Source: an uncultured bacterium | GTDB lineage: Bacteria; Babelota; Babeliae; Babelales; JABCYS01 | Assembly (NCBI GenBank): GCA_963705705.1 | Contig: CAVPKK010000005.1 | Location: 32,001 to 96,000, forward strand | DNA: 64,000 nt | Direction of reading: 5' to 3' | Shown here: positions 39,364 through 50,035 of the stretch, one piece after another | How positions within the stretch are numbered: the stretch's first letter is position 1 | How the letters are laid out: each line of letters opens with the position of its first letter | Notes under the pieces: model-generated | What the model saw: only the letters and a program-made list of their open reading frames with translations | What the model was told of the DNA's origin: nothing | Database searches by the model: none | Program-made: the position numbers and the translations under genes

Positions 39364-39923
39364 TCAATCACAAATGCCAAATCCGCCGTAAATGTCTTAA
39401 GCGCGGGCGGGTTTCGTAGAATGTAAGCCGGATGATAGGTCGGTATTAATTTGAAACCTTGCCATTTCAACACGGTGCCGCGAACTTTGGTGATTTTCAT
39501 TTCAGTACCGAGCATGGCCTGTAAGGGCGAATTACCTAAGGTGCAGATGATTTTTGGTTGTATGATTTTGATTTGATTGAAAAGAAAAAGTGTCATGCAA
39601 ATTGAGCTCTCCATCAAAAGCGGAGCGCGGTTTTTTGGTGGGCGGCATTTTACAATGTTGGTGATGAAAACGTCTTCTCGTTTGATGCCCAAGCTCTCAA
39701 TGGTTTTTGTGAGTAGCTTGCCTGATCGGCCAATGAACGGCCTACCTTGCGCATCTTCGTCAGCCCCGGGACCTTCACCAATAAACATGAGGCGAGCGTC
39801 AGGATCGCCCTCACCCCACACAATATTTGTTCGGCCCAAAGTGCCAAGTGGGCACTGAGTACAATTTTGAAAGGGCGCGTAGAGTTCGTTTAATAATTTT
39901 TGCTTGGATGCTTTTGATTTCAT
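39345..39923 (-). CDS. Uracil-DNA glycosylase family 4
   Basis: C..C.L, IGEGPG..ED..G.PF.G.SG, NIVKCRPP.NR, TYHPA. Confidence 0.93.
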   Translation of the reverse strand: MKSKASKQKLLNELYAPFQNCTQCPLGTLGRTNIVWGEGDPDARLMFIGEGPGADEDAQGRPFIGRSGKLLTKTIESLGIKREDVFITNIVKCRPPKNRAPLLMESSICMTLFLFNQIKIIQPKIICTLGNSPLQAMLGTEMKITKVRGTVLKWQGFKLIPTYHPAYILRNPPALKTFTADLAFVIDVDKCS

Positions 39924-39965
39924 GGCTCAGAGTATAGCAGTCCTCTTTTTTAGCCCCAACAAAAA

Positions 39966-41378
39966 TTAAACAGTTGGTTGCAGGTAGGTGCGAATGAATG
40001 GCAGCCAAGCATTACCCGGTCGTTGATCATCACCCATAGCAAATGTTGTCTTTGGGAATGAACTATGAATGCGCGCTACGGGGCAATAGATTGAGATCCC
40101 CCGTGCTTGATTATATTTTTTGCCAACATTGTTGCTGACAACAGCTTGATCGATCAGGGTTAGCCCTAGGCTCAGTTTTTCGGATAAAGCTGTTTTTAAC
40201 GCTTGGCCATCAGTGTCACTATCAAATTGGAATAGGCGGAGATTCTGTAGCAAGTTATAATATAAGTGGCCCAAATCCTTGTAGTTTGGATCGTCGAAAG
40301 CCGTACATGTTTTGCAACTTACCGCAATTGCATCGCGCACCGACCGCCCTTTTTGTTCGTTCAGGCACTCGATAAGCAATAATGAAACCTCATGTAAGTT
40401 TCGTTCCACCAATTGAGCTGCCTGCATATCGAGTGCAGACTGGGTATAGTCGGAAGTAAGATAATAATAAGCTTGCTCGTAACTTTGGCTCATATGTGCA
40501 GCAAATGAGCGCGCATCCATGGGCCCTTTGTTTAGTGGAGTAAGCATTAAGCGATAGTTATGCCCAGTGCCCGGTTCAACATCCTCGGATGCCACCATAA
40601 ATTCAGAGTGCTTCATTACAATATCAATCATGCCAAGGTCGGCACATAAGCATGCATCAAAGCCTATTACACCCCATTTTTTGCCATGCAACACTTGTTG
40701 GTCAATTGTTTCAAAAGCATATGCCAAGCCCTGATTGTTGATGTAGCTTTTGTAAGCATCATCAAAGCAAATGGCTTTGTGTGGGATATTATCAAGATCA
40801 ATATCTGCATATGATTCAACGGCTTTGCTTACATCATACATGCTTGGCATTGATCCATAACCAAATAGCTCTGCTGTATCAATATATCGTGGCATGAATG
40901 GGTCAATAGAACCGCCCAAACCATGATCCCATAAAATGAGTGCATAATTATCGGCCGGATACGTATTAATCATCCAGGTGCAGAAATCAACCAAATTTTG
41001 CGGATCGCCGCTATTTCCTTGTGCTTTAGGATCTTGATATACCAGCTCCGGAGAATTTTTATCAACGTAAAAACGTTGGATTCCTTTTTTCCCAGGCTCA
41101 TCCCAATTCACCACAATGTTTAGGGAGTCTGACGAGCCCACCTCTAACATTTGGCGCATATTAATTTTTGAAAAAGGATGAAGGTCATTGCGTGCGGCCA
41201 TATATACGCCAAAAGTCCATGCTTTTTTTGGCTGTGGCGTCTGATCGCGGACCGAAGTGTGATGCTCATGCTGACTGCGTGATTCTTGCAGTACGTAATC
41301 CTTGAATGGATTGCTTGCATGTAAAATTGGTGTGATAAGAAATACGAAACTAAATACGTAATTTATATTTTTGCTCAT
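39966..41378 (-). CDS. Secreted clostripain-like (C11) cysteine peptidase
   Basis: WT...YMAA.NDL, YPA.NYALILWDHG.G, GFDACL, ASE..EPG.G. Confidence 0.88.
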   Translation of the reverse strand: MSKNINYVFSFVFLITPILHASNPFKDYVLQESRSQHEHHTSVRDQTPQPKKAWTFGVYMAARNDLHPFSKINMRQMLEVGSSDSLNIVVNWDEPGKKGIQRFYVDKNSPELVYQDPKAQGNSGDPQNLVDFCTWMINTYPADNYALILWDHGLGGSIDPFMPRYIDTAELFGYGSMPSMYDVSKAVESYADIDLDNIPHKAICFDDAYKSYINNQGLAYAFETIDQQVLHGKKWGVIGFDACLCADLGMIDIVMKHSEFMVASEDVEPGTGHNYRLMLTPLNKGPMDARSFAAHMSQSYEQAYYYLTSDYTQSALDMQAAQLVERNLHEVSLLLIECLNEQKGRSVRDAIAVSCKTCTAFDDPNYKDLGHLYYNLLQNLRLFQFDSDTDGQALKTALSEKLSLGLTLIDQAVVSNNVGKKYNQARGISIYCPVARIHSSFPKTTFAMGDDQRPGNAWLPFIRTYLQPTV

Positions 41379-41426
41379 TACAATCTCCTTGAAACTATTT
41401 CTACTCCTTCACTCTAAAAAAATATC

Positions 41427-42557
41427 TTATGCTGATGCAATTGTTTGCCATTCATGAAGGCGTTTGCGCTGCCGGTGAACATGATTTGCCCATGCAAGAA
41501 CAAAAGTAAGACCAAAGCTTAATTGGAAATCGGCATAAAAAAGATTGGCTGGCTGCCATAATAATACTGCATAGGAAGCAACTATAATAAGATGGAGAAT
41601 CTGCGTTGGGCGATGAATAATATCCGCTCCCATTGCGAGCGCAACCATGAGCAAAGCCCGTGTAAAGGAGACAGCTGGCCAACTGATGATGCTATATAAT
41701 CCAAGATAACAACCTAAAGCTAGTTTTTTGGCGCGAAAACCAATGGGCACCAAACTAAGCAAAAATTGCAGCAGGATAACAACAATAACCAAATGTAACC
41801 CTGAGCGTGCAAGGTAGTGGCTGATGCCCCAATTATTAAACCATTGTCTGCTTTGAAATGCGGGAGAGTTTAGTTTTTCAATAAACGTCCTTTCATCTTC
41901 TTGCACAAATGAACCGGTGTCTTCAAATTTGCCCAAAAACATCAAACAAAAAAGTCTAAAAGCATCAGGATTAAGTTGTTTTTGTATGGCGGTGAGCATA
42001 TTTTTGTGAATCTCAAAAATATCGCGAGCGAAATGCCAGGCTGGTCTGTTGATGAGTGTTATGTGTATACGCTGAGCTCTAAATTTAGGTAGAGGAAATG
42101 TTCGTCTGATAGGTGAAACAGCCTGAGGGATGAGCGGTTTGTTTGATGGCCGAACATTATCAACCATAATCGTGTCACCGATTAGCACAGGGGCCGGTGA
42201 GTCAAAGGCTAATTTTATGCGCTTACCATTTTGTAAAATTATAATCTCTTGTTGCGGCGCGAATGTATAACGCTCTATTATTTGTTCAACAGTGCCAATA
42301 ATGTTGAAGGGAGCCGTTCGGGAATCATTCGATGCCGGATGAAAATGTATATAGCCGGTAGTGACTCCTAAAATCAATGAACCAATGACGCCGAGAATTG
42401 CAGATTTAGTTGGACAAACAAACAGTACAGCGGTAGCTAGAATAAAAAAAGCAGTCGCCAACATCCACGACACTCCTGCTGCAATAATAATGCCAGCGAT
42501 TAGAGCAAATGTTGCTCCAAGCAATGGATGTATATGTACCGGTATGAATAAAGACAT
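41427..42557 (-). CDS. comEC: ComEC/Rec2-family membrane protein
   Basis: GISHYLARSGLH, S..RA, FQLSF motifs; no metallo-beta-lactamase domain; start uncertain. Confidence 0.8.
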   Translation of the reverse strand: MSLFIPVHIHPLLGATFALIAGIIIAAGVSWMLATAFFILATAVLFVCPTKSAILGVIGSLILGVTTGYIHFHPASNDSRTAPFNIIGTVEQIIERYTFAPQQEIIILQNGKRIKLAFDSPAPVLIGDTIMVDNVRPSNKPLIPQAVSPIRRTFPLPKFRAQRIHITLINRPAWHFARDIFEIHKNMLTAIQKQLNPDAFRLFCLMFLGKFEDTGSFVQEDERTFIEKLNSPAFQSRQWFNNWGISHYLARSGLHLVIVVILLQFLLSLVPIGFRAKKLALGCYLGLYSIISWPAVSFTRALLMVALAMGADIIHRPTQILHLIIVASYAVLLWQPANLFYADFQLSFGLTFVLAWANHVHRQRKRLHEWQTIASA

Positions 42558-42676
42558 ATTGCGTCCTGCACGAATTCGAATATGCTTTGGGTCAAGACCT
42601 CTCATCCTGCGTGTTTTTGCGTTAGCAAAAATGTATCAAAGGAAGCGGATCAAAAAATTAATTTGGAACAAACAGT

Positions 42677-45379
42677 ATGGCCTATGTTTTTAAGGAAGTC
42701 CTCGCTAACGGACTGACTGTCCTCATTCATCCCAATCATTTGATACCTAAGGTTGCAATTCAACTGTGGTACGATGTTGGTTCCAAGGATGAACCAGAAG
42801 GTAAAAAGGGAATTGCCCATCTTATTGAACATATGGTTTTTAAGGGCACAACATCGATGTCTGAAACTGATATCAATGAAATTTGTGCCAAATTATCAGG
42901 TTCCACCAATGCTTTTACCTCATATGACTATACAGGTTTTTTATTCGAGTTTCCTACCCAGCATTGGCCCATCGCCTTTCCCTTGCTTGCTGATTGCATG
43001 CAAAATTGCACCTTTAAGCAAGATTTATTAAATGCCGAATTACGTGCGGTCATTCAAGAATTAAAGCTCTATCGCGATGACTATGGCAGTATGCTTGTTG
43101 AGGAATTGCTCGCAAAAACATTCAAAGGCTTTCCTTACGAGCATCCGATCATTGGCCATAAAGAACAATTGTGGGAAATGACGAGCGAAGATTTAAAAGA
43201 ATTTTATCATACCCACTATATTCCAAATAATGCGGTTCTTGTGGTAGTTGGCGATATTGATCCGGCAGAAGTGGTTGCTCTTGCCTATCAATATTTCGAA
43301 ATTATTCCGCCAAATTGGACCTACAAACGTAAGCCATTCGATCTTGAAAAGTTAAATTTCCAGCAACCTGTATCGGCAAGACTTCATCGCGAAGTTCAAC
43401 AGCCAGTTGGTTTGGTAAGCTATACAATGCCTGGTGCACGATCTAAGGATGATTACAGCCTTGATGTTTTAGCATGGCTTACTGGTACTGGTGTAGGTTC
43501 ACGCCTATATCAACGCCTTGTAGATCGGGAGCAATTAGCAACCGATGTTGATGCTACCACCTATGATTTGTTTGAAAAAAGCGCCTTTTTCTTGGAGTTT
43601 GTGCCAAAAGATATTAAAAATATTGATACGATTATTAATATCATCAAAGAAGAGATGAATAATATTGGGCAAGGGTTTACTGAACTTGAACTACAGCGGG
43701 CACAAAAAAAAGCAGAAAATTCATACCTTTCTTCTATTGAAGGCAATCAAAAAATTGCATTCATGCTCGGCAAATATTTTCTTTGTACGGGTGATGAGCA
43801 ATACATTTTCCATTATTTGAAACAAGATCCGGAGAATGTGCGCAAAAAAGTAATGGAGCTAGTAACCACCAATATGAAACCGGAATTTGCGAGTACCGGG
43901 GTTCTTTTACCATTTACCGATGGTGAGCGAGATGCTTGGTTCGCGCGGCAAGAAGCTGATGATGCACATGATCAGGAAATGCTTGAAAAACGGCCACGAA
44001 CCACACCGCTTGAACCGCCATTGGTAGCACCGCAAATAAAGCCGCAAGCCCCCCGCGCATTCAATTTTCCAAAGCATTTAACTATGGGCTTAGATACTGG
44101 ATTGCGCGTTTTGGTTTACAACAATCAAGAATTGCCAAAAATTGAGCTGCTTCTCGAGCTCAAAGGTCAATATGTTTACGACCCCGTAGATAAACAAGGC
44201 ATTAGTAACTTCATGAATGCTTTGTTGCTTGAAGGTACTAAAAATTATCCCGAACAGGCATTGGGCATCGCATTTGAATCATATGGTATGGAGATAAATA
44301 CCGCAGCGGGTTATATTTCTATAACCATGCTTGCAAGTGATTTGCGCAAAGGGCTCGAGTTTTTAGAAGAAATGGTGACCAATGCCACCTTTGATCCTGT
44401 TGCCATCGAGAAAGTGCGCGATCAAATTTTGGCCGAGATTCGTGCGCATTGGGATAATCCATTTGATTTCGTAGATGATTTGGTAAAGCAACAAATTTAT
44501 GGCAGTCACCCCTATAGTAAAAGCAGAGTGGGCACAGTTGATACTATAAAAAATATAACTCGTGACGATCTGCTTACGTGGTACAAGCATTTTATGAGCC
44601 CACAGGGAGCACGACTGTGCATTGTTGGTAATCTTGAGCAATACGACATTCCCCAGATTTTTTTAGAGACAATTGTTCGCTGGGAAGGACCGCCAGTTCC
44701 TGATATTGCATTCCCGTTATTGCATGTCGGGGGCGAGCAGAAAGAACACGACTATCAAATCAACCGGGATCAGATTGTACTTGGCTTTGCTGGTCTTTCT
44801 GTAACTCGTGCTGATCCAGATTACGATAAATTACTTATTGTCGACCAAATTCTTACAGGCAGCCTATTAGGCTCGATGAGCTCACGCCTTTTCCAATTGC
44901 GAGAGCAAACCGGCATGTTCTACACCATCGGTGGTTCGTTATTGATTCATGCTGATGTACAACCAGGCCTTGTATATATTAAGACGATGGTTTCACGTGA
45001 TCATGTCGATGAGGCAGAAAAGTTGATAGGAGCTACCATCGAAGGTATCGGTGAAACGATAACCGAAGAAGAATTTGCAGGGGCTCGCGACGCAATTTTA
45101 AATTCACTCGTTGATGCATTTGAAACTAACCGTTCAATGGCTCTCGCATTTCTGGTGTTGGATCGCTTTAAATTGCCACCAGATTATTTCGATCGCCGCA
45201 TTCAAGATTTTTATCACATTACCCTAGATCAAGTGAAACAAGCAGCCAATCGCGTATTGTTGGCAAATAAATTGTCAGTATTTAAAGTTGGGCGGTTACC
45301 AGGTTCGCCTATGGGGACCAAAGAGACGATATCACAAACCGATACGAGCGAGATGCCCATTGTCAAAAAAACTGACTGA
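42677..45379 (+). CDS. M16-family zinc peptidase (fused two-module form)
   Basis: GIAHLIEHMVFKGT (HxxEH), NAFTSYDYT; inactive second half. Confidence 0.92.
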   Translation: MAYVFKEVLANGLTVLIHPNHLIPKVAIQLWYDVGSKDEPEGKKGIAHLIEHMVFKGTTSMSETDINEICAKLSGSTNAFTSYDYTGFLFEFPTQHWPIAFPLLADCMQNCTFKQDLLNAELRAVIQELKLYRDDYGSMLVEELLAKTFKGFPYEHPIIGHKEQLWEMTSEDLKEFYHTHYIPNNAVLVVVGDIDPAEVVALAYQYFEIIPPNWTYKRKPFDLEKLNFQQPVSARLHREVQQPVGLVSYTMPGARSKDDYSLDVLAWLTGTGVGSRLYQRLVDREQLATDVDATTYDLFEKSAFFLEFVPKDIKNIDTIINIIKEEMNNIGQGFTELELQRAQKKAENSYLSSIEGNQKIAFMLGKYFLCTGDEQYIFHYLKQDPENVRKKVMELVTTNMKPEFASTGVLLPFTDGERDAWFARQEADDAHDQEMLEKRPRTTPLEPPLVAPQIKPQAPRAFNFPKHLTMGLDTGLRVLVYNNQELPKIELLLELKGQYVYDPVDKQGISNFMNALLLEGTKNYPEQALGIAFESYGMEINTAAGYISITMLASDLRKGLEFLEEMVTNATFDPVAIEKVRDQILAEIRAHWDNPFDFVDDLVKQQIYGSHPYSKSRVGTVDTIKNITRDDLLTWYKHFMSPQGARLCIVGNLEQYDIPQIFLETIVRWEGPPVPDIAFPLLHVGGEQKEHDYQINRDQIVLGFAGLSVTRADPDYDKLLIVDQILTGSLLGSMSSRLFQLREQTGMFYTIGGSLLIHADVQPGLVYIKTMVSRDHVDEAEKLIGATIEGIGETITEEEFAGARDAILNSLVDAFETNRSMALAFLVLDRFKLPPDYFDRRIQDFYHITLDQVKQAANRVLLANKLSVFKVGRLPGSPMGTKETISQTDTSEMPIVKKTD

Positions 45380-46241
45380 TTTCCAGCAGCACATTTGGGA
45401 TTATTACCGCGCCAACCGTCGCGACTTTCCGTGGCGTCGCACTACTGACCCATATCATATTTTCATCTCCGAGGTGATGCTACAACAAACGCAGACATTT
45501 CGTGTCGAGCCCAAATTTAATAACTGGATTGCAGCGCTTCCAACTTTTCAATCCTTGGCTGATGCCCCATTGCGCGAAGTACTGAGTCTATGGCAAGGCC
45601 TTGGCTATAATCGCCGTGCATTGTGGTTACATCAGGCGGCTCAACGAATAATGACTGAATTTAATGGAGAGCTACCCATAAATCCAGAAATTCTAGAAAC
45701 ATTTCCTGGCATTGGTCCAAATACGGCAGCTTCCGTTTGCGCATTTGCATTTAATAAGCCAACGATTTTTATAGAAACTAATATCCGCGCTGTTTTCATT
45801 CATTTTTTCTTTACTGGCAAAGCCGAGATAAAAGACAATGAAATCCGACCGTTAGTTGAGCAAACGGTCGATCAAGAAAATCCCCGCGAATGGTATTATG
45901 CGCTGATGGATTATGGCGTGATGCTTAAAAAAAATCTGCCAAACCCAAGCAGGCGCAGCGCGCATCATGCACAACAAACTAAGTTTGAGGGCTCAGAACG
46001 GCAAATCCGCGGTCTGATTCTAAAATCATTAACTGCGCAGGCGATGGATCTGCGACGGTTGACGTTAGTTATTGATGAGCATTTGCGAGAGCGGCCAGTC
46101 TCATCTCGTAGGTACCAATTATCCATATTGGATAAAAATCGCGATGCAAAAACTAGTTCAGCTCGCATACGAAAAAATTTAGAAGATTTGTGCGCAGAAG
46201 GATTTATTGAGAAAAAAGAAAAGCAGTTCTCAATTCGCTAA
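45360..46241 (+). CDS. mutY: A/G-specific adenine glycosylase, short form without Fe-S cysteines
   Basis: R..PWR...PY.I.ISEVMLQQTQ, WQGLGYNRRA, PGIGPNTA; probable TTG start at 45360. Confidence 0.85.
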   Translation: MSKKLTDFQQHIWDYYRANRRDFPWRRTTDPYHIFISEVMLQQTQTFRVEPKFNNWIAALPTFQSLADAPLREVLSLWQGLGYNRRALWLHQAAQRIMTEFNGELPINPEILETFPGIGPNTAASVCAFAFNKPTIFIETNIRAVFIHFFFTGKAEIKDNEIRPLVEQTVDQENPREWYYALMDYGVMLKKNLPNPSRRSAHHAQQTKFEGSERQIRGLILKSLTAQAMDLRRLTLVIDEHLRERPVSSRRYQLSILDKNRDAKTSSARIRKNLEDLCAEGFIEKKEKQFSIR

Positions 46242-46254
46242 AATGAATGTGCAC

Positions 46255-46470
46255 TTAATCAGTATTCTTTTCTACACTACATTCGCATTGAGCTTTTTGT
46301 AACAATTCCAAAGCTCTTTCTAACTGCTTTTGAACTGTAGTATAGAGTCTTGTGCATTCCTTATGCCCCTTAACTTTAGCAGTGTCTTTTTTGGCAAACT
46401 GATCAATGAACCAGTCCGCGCAGGCAATGTCATGCATCAATTTTATTTTATTGTACGAACAATTATCCAT
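46255..46470 (-). CDS. Small helical hypothetical protein
   Basis: GGAG RBS; overlaps the murE stop. Confidence 0.65.
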   Translation of the reverse strand: MDNCSYNKIKLMHDIACADWFIDQFAKKDTAKVKGHKECTRLYTTVQKQLERALELLQKAQCECSVEKNTD

Positions 46471-47941
46471 GGGTGATACTCCTTAAAATATCCCGTTCGC
46501 TGAAATAAATTTTTTCGCCTTTAACAATCTGATATTCATCAGGACCTTTGCCAAGCAAAGCAATGATCGCATTCGGCTTCGCGTTTGCAAAAGCAAGTTT
46601 TATAGCTTGCTCGCGGTCTAATTCCAGAATGACTTTATGTTGTAATTCTTTTGGTATACCCGAAATTATTTGTTCGCAAATATGTGCTGGATCTTCCGAG
46701 CGCGGGTTATCGGTAGTTATAATTGCCAAGTCGGCAGCTTCTGCCGCAATATAGCCCATGACCGGGCGCTTAGTTGCATCTCGATCGCCGCCACAGCCAA
46801 ATACCACAATAACTTGAGATGCGATTGATTTTAGCGTTGGCAATAATGCCTGGAATGAGGAAGGATTATGCGCATAATCGATAACGCCTAAGATGCCGTT
46901 GGGTAATTGATAACGTTCCATGCGTCCAGGAACTGAACTGAATGTTGCTAATCCCTGCGCCAATTGTTCTGTGTTGAGACCACATTGATGTGCCATGCTC
47001 AATACGCCAAGCAAATTGTAGATGTTGTACGTGCCTATGAGTGCAGGTGAAAAAAAATCAGTTTTTTTGCCATCGATAGACATACTGAGTTTGATGCCTT
47101 GTGCAGTATCAGCAATTACCTTTCCAATGATCGCACGCATTGACTGAAATTTAATCCAGCTTGCATCAAGTCCGAGGCCGAACGGGGTGTATGGATGTTG
47201 TTGAAGTAATTTTTGACCCCAGGCATCATCGGCGTTAACAAATACGTTAGCATGATCTTTGATGCCTGTAAGCAATTGGCATTTGGCAGCAAAATAATCA
47301 TCGAGATTTTGATAAAACTCACCATGTTCTTGTGAGAAGTTGGTAAAAATAATGCCATCGAATTCAATACCATCTACGCGATGTAGCGTGGCGGCTTGAG
47401 CGGACAATTCCATGATTACGATATTTTTATCGCCTTCATTGTTGTGCTCTAAAAACTGAGCCAAGAACATATGCAAGTAATCTGGCTGCGTTGTTGTCAG
47501 CGACGTTGGGAAAATAGTTTCATTAATTTGATTGCGGACCGTGCTGAGCAAGGCAACATTGTATCCTGCGCTGCGGAACAAATGATGAAGTAAAAAAGCG
47601 GATGTAGTTTTTCCTTTTGTTCCGGTTATACCAATAATTTTTAATTTTTTTGCTGGATGATTCCAAGCTTCGGCTGATAGCTTGGCAAGCGCCGCACGCG
47701 CATTTGGAACATATGAGATAGTTGCATTGCTTGTGCGAATAATCTCTAAAATTGCATCATTAATTAAAACGGACTTTTCGGCAATGATAGTCTGAGCGCC
47801 GCGCGCCAATGCCATTGGAATGTATTTTGCGCCATCTTCCTTTGCGCCTTTAATAACGACAAATATGCTGCCTGGCCCCACGTGGTCGGTATGGCTGGTA
47901 ACCGGATATATTTGAGGAAGTCTGTTAGTGTTTGTGCTCAT
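46463..47941 (-). CDS. murE: UDP-MurNAc-tripeptide synthetase MurE (meso-DAP type)
   Basis: GITGTKGKTT, DYAHNP, FGCGGDRD, TDNPRSED. Confidence 0.93.
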   Translation of the reverse strand: MSTNTNRLPQIYPVTSHTDHVGPGSIFVVIKGAKEDGAKYIPMALARGAQTIIAEKSVLINDAILEIIRTSNATISYVPNARAALAKLSAEAWNHPAKKLKIIGITGTKGKTTSAFLLHHLFRSAGYNVALLSTVRNQINETIFPTSLTTTQPDYLHMFLAQFLEHNNEGDKNIVIMELSAQAATLHRVDGIEFDGIIFTNFSQEHGEFYQNLDDYFAAKCQLLTGIKDHANVFVNADDAWGQKLLQQHPYTPFGLGLDASWIKFQSMRAIIGKVIADTAQGIKLSMSIDGKKTDFFSPALIGTYNIYNLLGVLSMAHQCGLNTEQLAQGLATFSSVPGRMERYQLPNGILGVIDYAHNPSSFQALLPTLKSIASQVIVVFGCGGDRDATKRPVMGYIAAEAADLAIITTDNPRSEDPAHICEQIISGIPKELQHKVILELDREQAIKLAFANAKPNAIIALLGKGPDEYQIVKGEKIYFSERDILRSITHG

Positions 47942-49250
47942 ATGCAATCAACTCTTTGCGCATTGTTGGCAACAGCCACAACATACCAAATAAGTTAATG
48001 CCTAGCAGTCCAGCATTAATAATATCGGCAGCATTCCAAATAATTTTTACTGAGGCCAGCGGACCGAGCGCTGCTACTAAAACATAGAGCACATTAAACA
48101 CCATTAAATATTTGCCGCCAGATAAATAGAGCCAGCATTGACGAGTGATGAACGCATATGCAACTGTCACACCCAGTCCGAACGTAATGGACAAGAATGA
48201 AACGATATAGTCTCCCCATACACCAAACACAGTACTGTATGCTTTGCTGGTGAGCGCTGTGCTATCGAGCCCAGAATTCCATACGCCACTTGCCACAATA
48301 AGTAACATGGTTGAGAAGCATACAAGGTTTGCGCTGATGAATGTCGTGAGCATAGCCATGGTGCCTTCACGTACCGGTATTGTACCGCGCGTTGCACCAA
48401 AGAAGATCGCTGCTGTTCCTAATCCCGCCTCGCTCGCATTTGAAATTCGAGAAAAGCCGTAGCGCATTGCCATTTGCATGCTATAACCAACTGCTGCTCC
48501 CGAGACTGCTTTGCCATCGAATGCGCTCATCACAATAAGTTTAAGTGCCGGCAATAATGCTGCCCAGTGATATGCGAGTGCAATGATCATTGATACGAAG
48601 AAGAGGCCAACTTTTACCGGAACGATCGCATCGGAGATCTTAATGATCCGTTCAGCACCGCCAAAAACAACATACGAAATGAACACGAGTAAAGCGAGAG
48701 CAACATACAACGGATTTATATGCATAGAATGTTGGAGTGCAACGCCAATTGAGTTTGATTGCATGCTGCAACCGATTGCAAAACCAAGCATCATGCAGAA
48801 GAATGCGTAGCCAACAGTAAGCCATTTGCCGCCAGGAACGCGACTCAAATAAATCATAGGCCCGCCGAGTACTGCACTACCAGCAGGAGCTGTAAAGTAG
48901 GTGGCAAGAAACACCTCGCCGAAACGGAATGCCATGCTCAGTAGTCCAAGTACAAAAACCCAAAAGGCAGCTCCTGGCCCACCCGCTACTACTGCGGTCG
49001 CCATACCAGCGATACTGCCGTTGCCAACCGAGGCACTGAGTGCGTTTAGAAATGCTGAAAGAGAAGACATCTCGGATCCGGCTCCGGTTTTTGGCGGATG
49101 CAAGAGTTGTTTCCAGGCTGTTGCGAAATAGCGGAATTGTACGAATCTAAGCGCAACTGTGATAATTATGGCGGCGGCTCCCGTGTATATTACGAGCGGC
49201 CAACCCCACAACCAACCATTTAGACCATCGATAATTGAATCTAGTAACAT
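47925..49250 (-). CDS. Alanine/glycine:cation symporter (AGCS/AlsT family)
   Basis: VGNGSIAG.A.A...GGPGA.FW, GGPM.Y, SEAGLGTA. Confidence 0.9.
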   Translation of the reverse strand: MLLDSIIDGLNGWLWGWPLVIYTGAAAIIITVALRFVQFRYFATAWKQLLHPPKTGAGSEMSSLSAFLNALSASVGNGSIAGMATAVVAGGPGAAFWVFVLGLLSMAFRFGEVFLATYFTAPAGSAVLGGPMIYLSRVPGGKWLTVGYAFFCMMLGFAIGCSMQSNSIGVALQHSMHINPLYVALALLVFISYVVFGGAERIIKISDAIVPVKVGLFFVSMIIALAYHWAALLPALKLIVMSAFDGKAVSGAAVGYSMQMAMRYGFSRISNASEAGLGTAAIFFGATRGTIPVREGTMAMLTTFISANLVCFSTMLLIVASGVWNSGLDSTALTSKAYSTVFGVWGDYIVSFLSITFGLGVTVAYAFITRQCWLYLSGGKYLMVFNVLYVLVAALGPLASVKIIWNAADIINAGLLGINLFGMLWLLPTMRKELIAYEHKH

Positions 49251-49305
49251 GTTCTTCTCTCTAAAGGCACGATCTTTATTTTACATGCCGACTTTGAGCT
49301 GTCTT

Positions 49306-49342
49306 TGCGCTCTGATCCTTCGATCAACTCAGGATGAGCGCA
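49306..49342. repeat. Family-1 element, intergenic
   Basis: TGCGCTCTGATCCTTCGATCAACTCAGGATGAGCGCA; flanks TTGAGC/GCTCAA extend the stem. Confidence 0.9.
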
Positions 49343-49467
49343 GATTGCTCAAGCTGTTGAATGGAAGGGCTGTCTTGAAGTCGGAATGAAACAGTGATAC
49401 GCGTGCCAATTTTTTTGTAATAATACCGTCGCAAAGCTTATCGAGAAAATATAACGGAGCAACAACC

Positions 49468-49884
49468 ATGAGCAAAGTAGTTGGATTAGATATCGGGGAT
49501 CAATGGACGGGAATAGCAATCTCGGATGCATCAGGCTTGCTTGCACGCCCATTAAAATCAATAAGAACAGCGGACCTTGATGCGGAAATTGAACAGCTAT
49601 TGCGTACTGAACGCATAACCACCTTCGTCGTAGGCGAACCAAAAACGTTGCGCGGAACATTAAGTGAGCAAACCAAAAAGGTTCTTGACCATAAAGAGCA
49701 ATTAGCTATTCGCTTCCCGATGGTTGATTGGCAGTTATGGGATGAGCGTTTTTCCAGCAAACAAGCCCAACAATTGCATAGGGGGCGCAAGCAAACCGAT
49801 AAAAACTTTGAACATGCGGTCGCCGCGGCCTTTATTTTGCAAGGATATTTGGAGTATAAACGAGCACAGGCAGAGCGCTTTTAG
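49468..49884 (+). CDS. ruvX: YqgF/RuvX pre-16S rRNA nuclease
   Basis: GLDIG....GIAISD, VVGEP, WDERFSS, AA.FILQ.YL. Confidence 0.9.
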   Translation: MSKVVGLDIGDQWTGIAISDASGLLARPLKSIRTADLDAEIEQLLRTERITTFVVGEPKTLRGTLSEQTKKVLDHKEQLAIRFPMVDWQLWDERFSSKQAQQLHRGRKQTDKNFEHAVAAAFILQGYLEYKRAQAERF

Positions 49885-49960
49885 TTTTACCACTAACAAA
49901 CCCTTGCTTTTCCCCTGTTGGTTTCATTACACTTATTTCGGACAATTTCAATACCAAAGC

Positions 49961-49988
49961 TTGACAACGGAAACTATTAACATAGATT
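49961..49988 (+). promoter_or_regulatory. Putative sigma70 promoter
   Basis: TTGACA-N16-TAGATT. Confidence 0.45.
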
Positions 49989-50007
49989 TGCATTACGAGC
50001 ACTCTAT

Positions 50008-50035
50008 GTCCTTTGGCAGGGCTCGGGACGAGCGG
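50008..50035. repeat. Degenerate family-1 element
   Basis: GTCCTTTGGCAGGGCTCGGGACGAGCGG. Confidence 0.65.

Noticed and set aside
41850..41930. Possible extra segment in ComEC before WGISH
   Set aside because: No palindrome or similarity to the repeat families is visible, and the region varies naturally.
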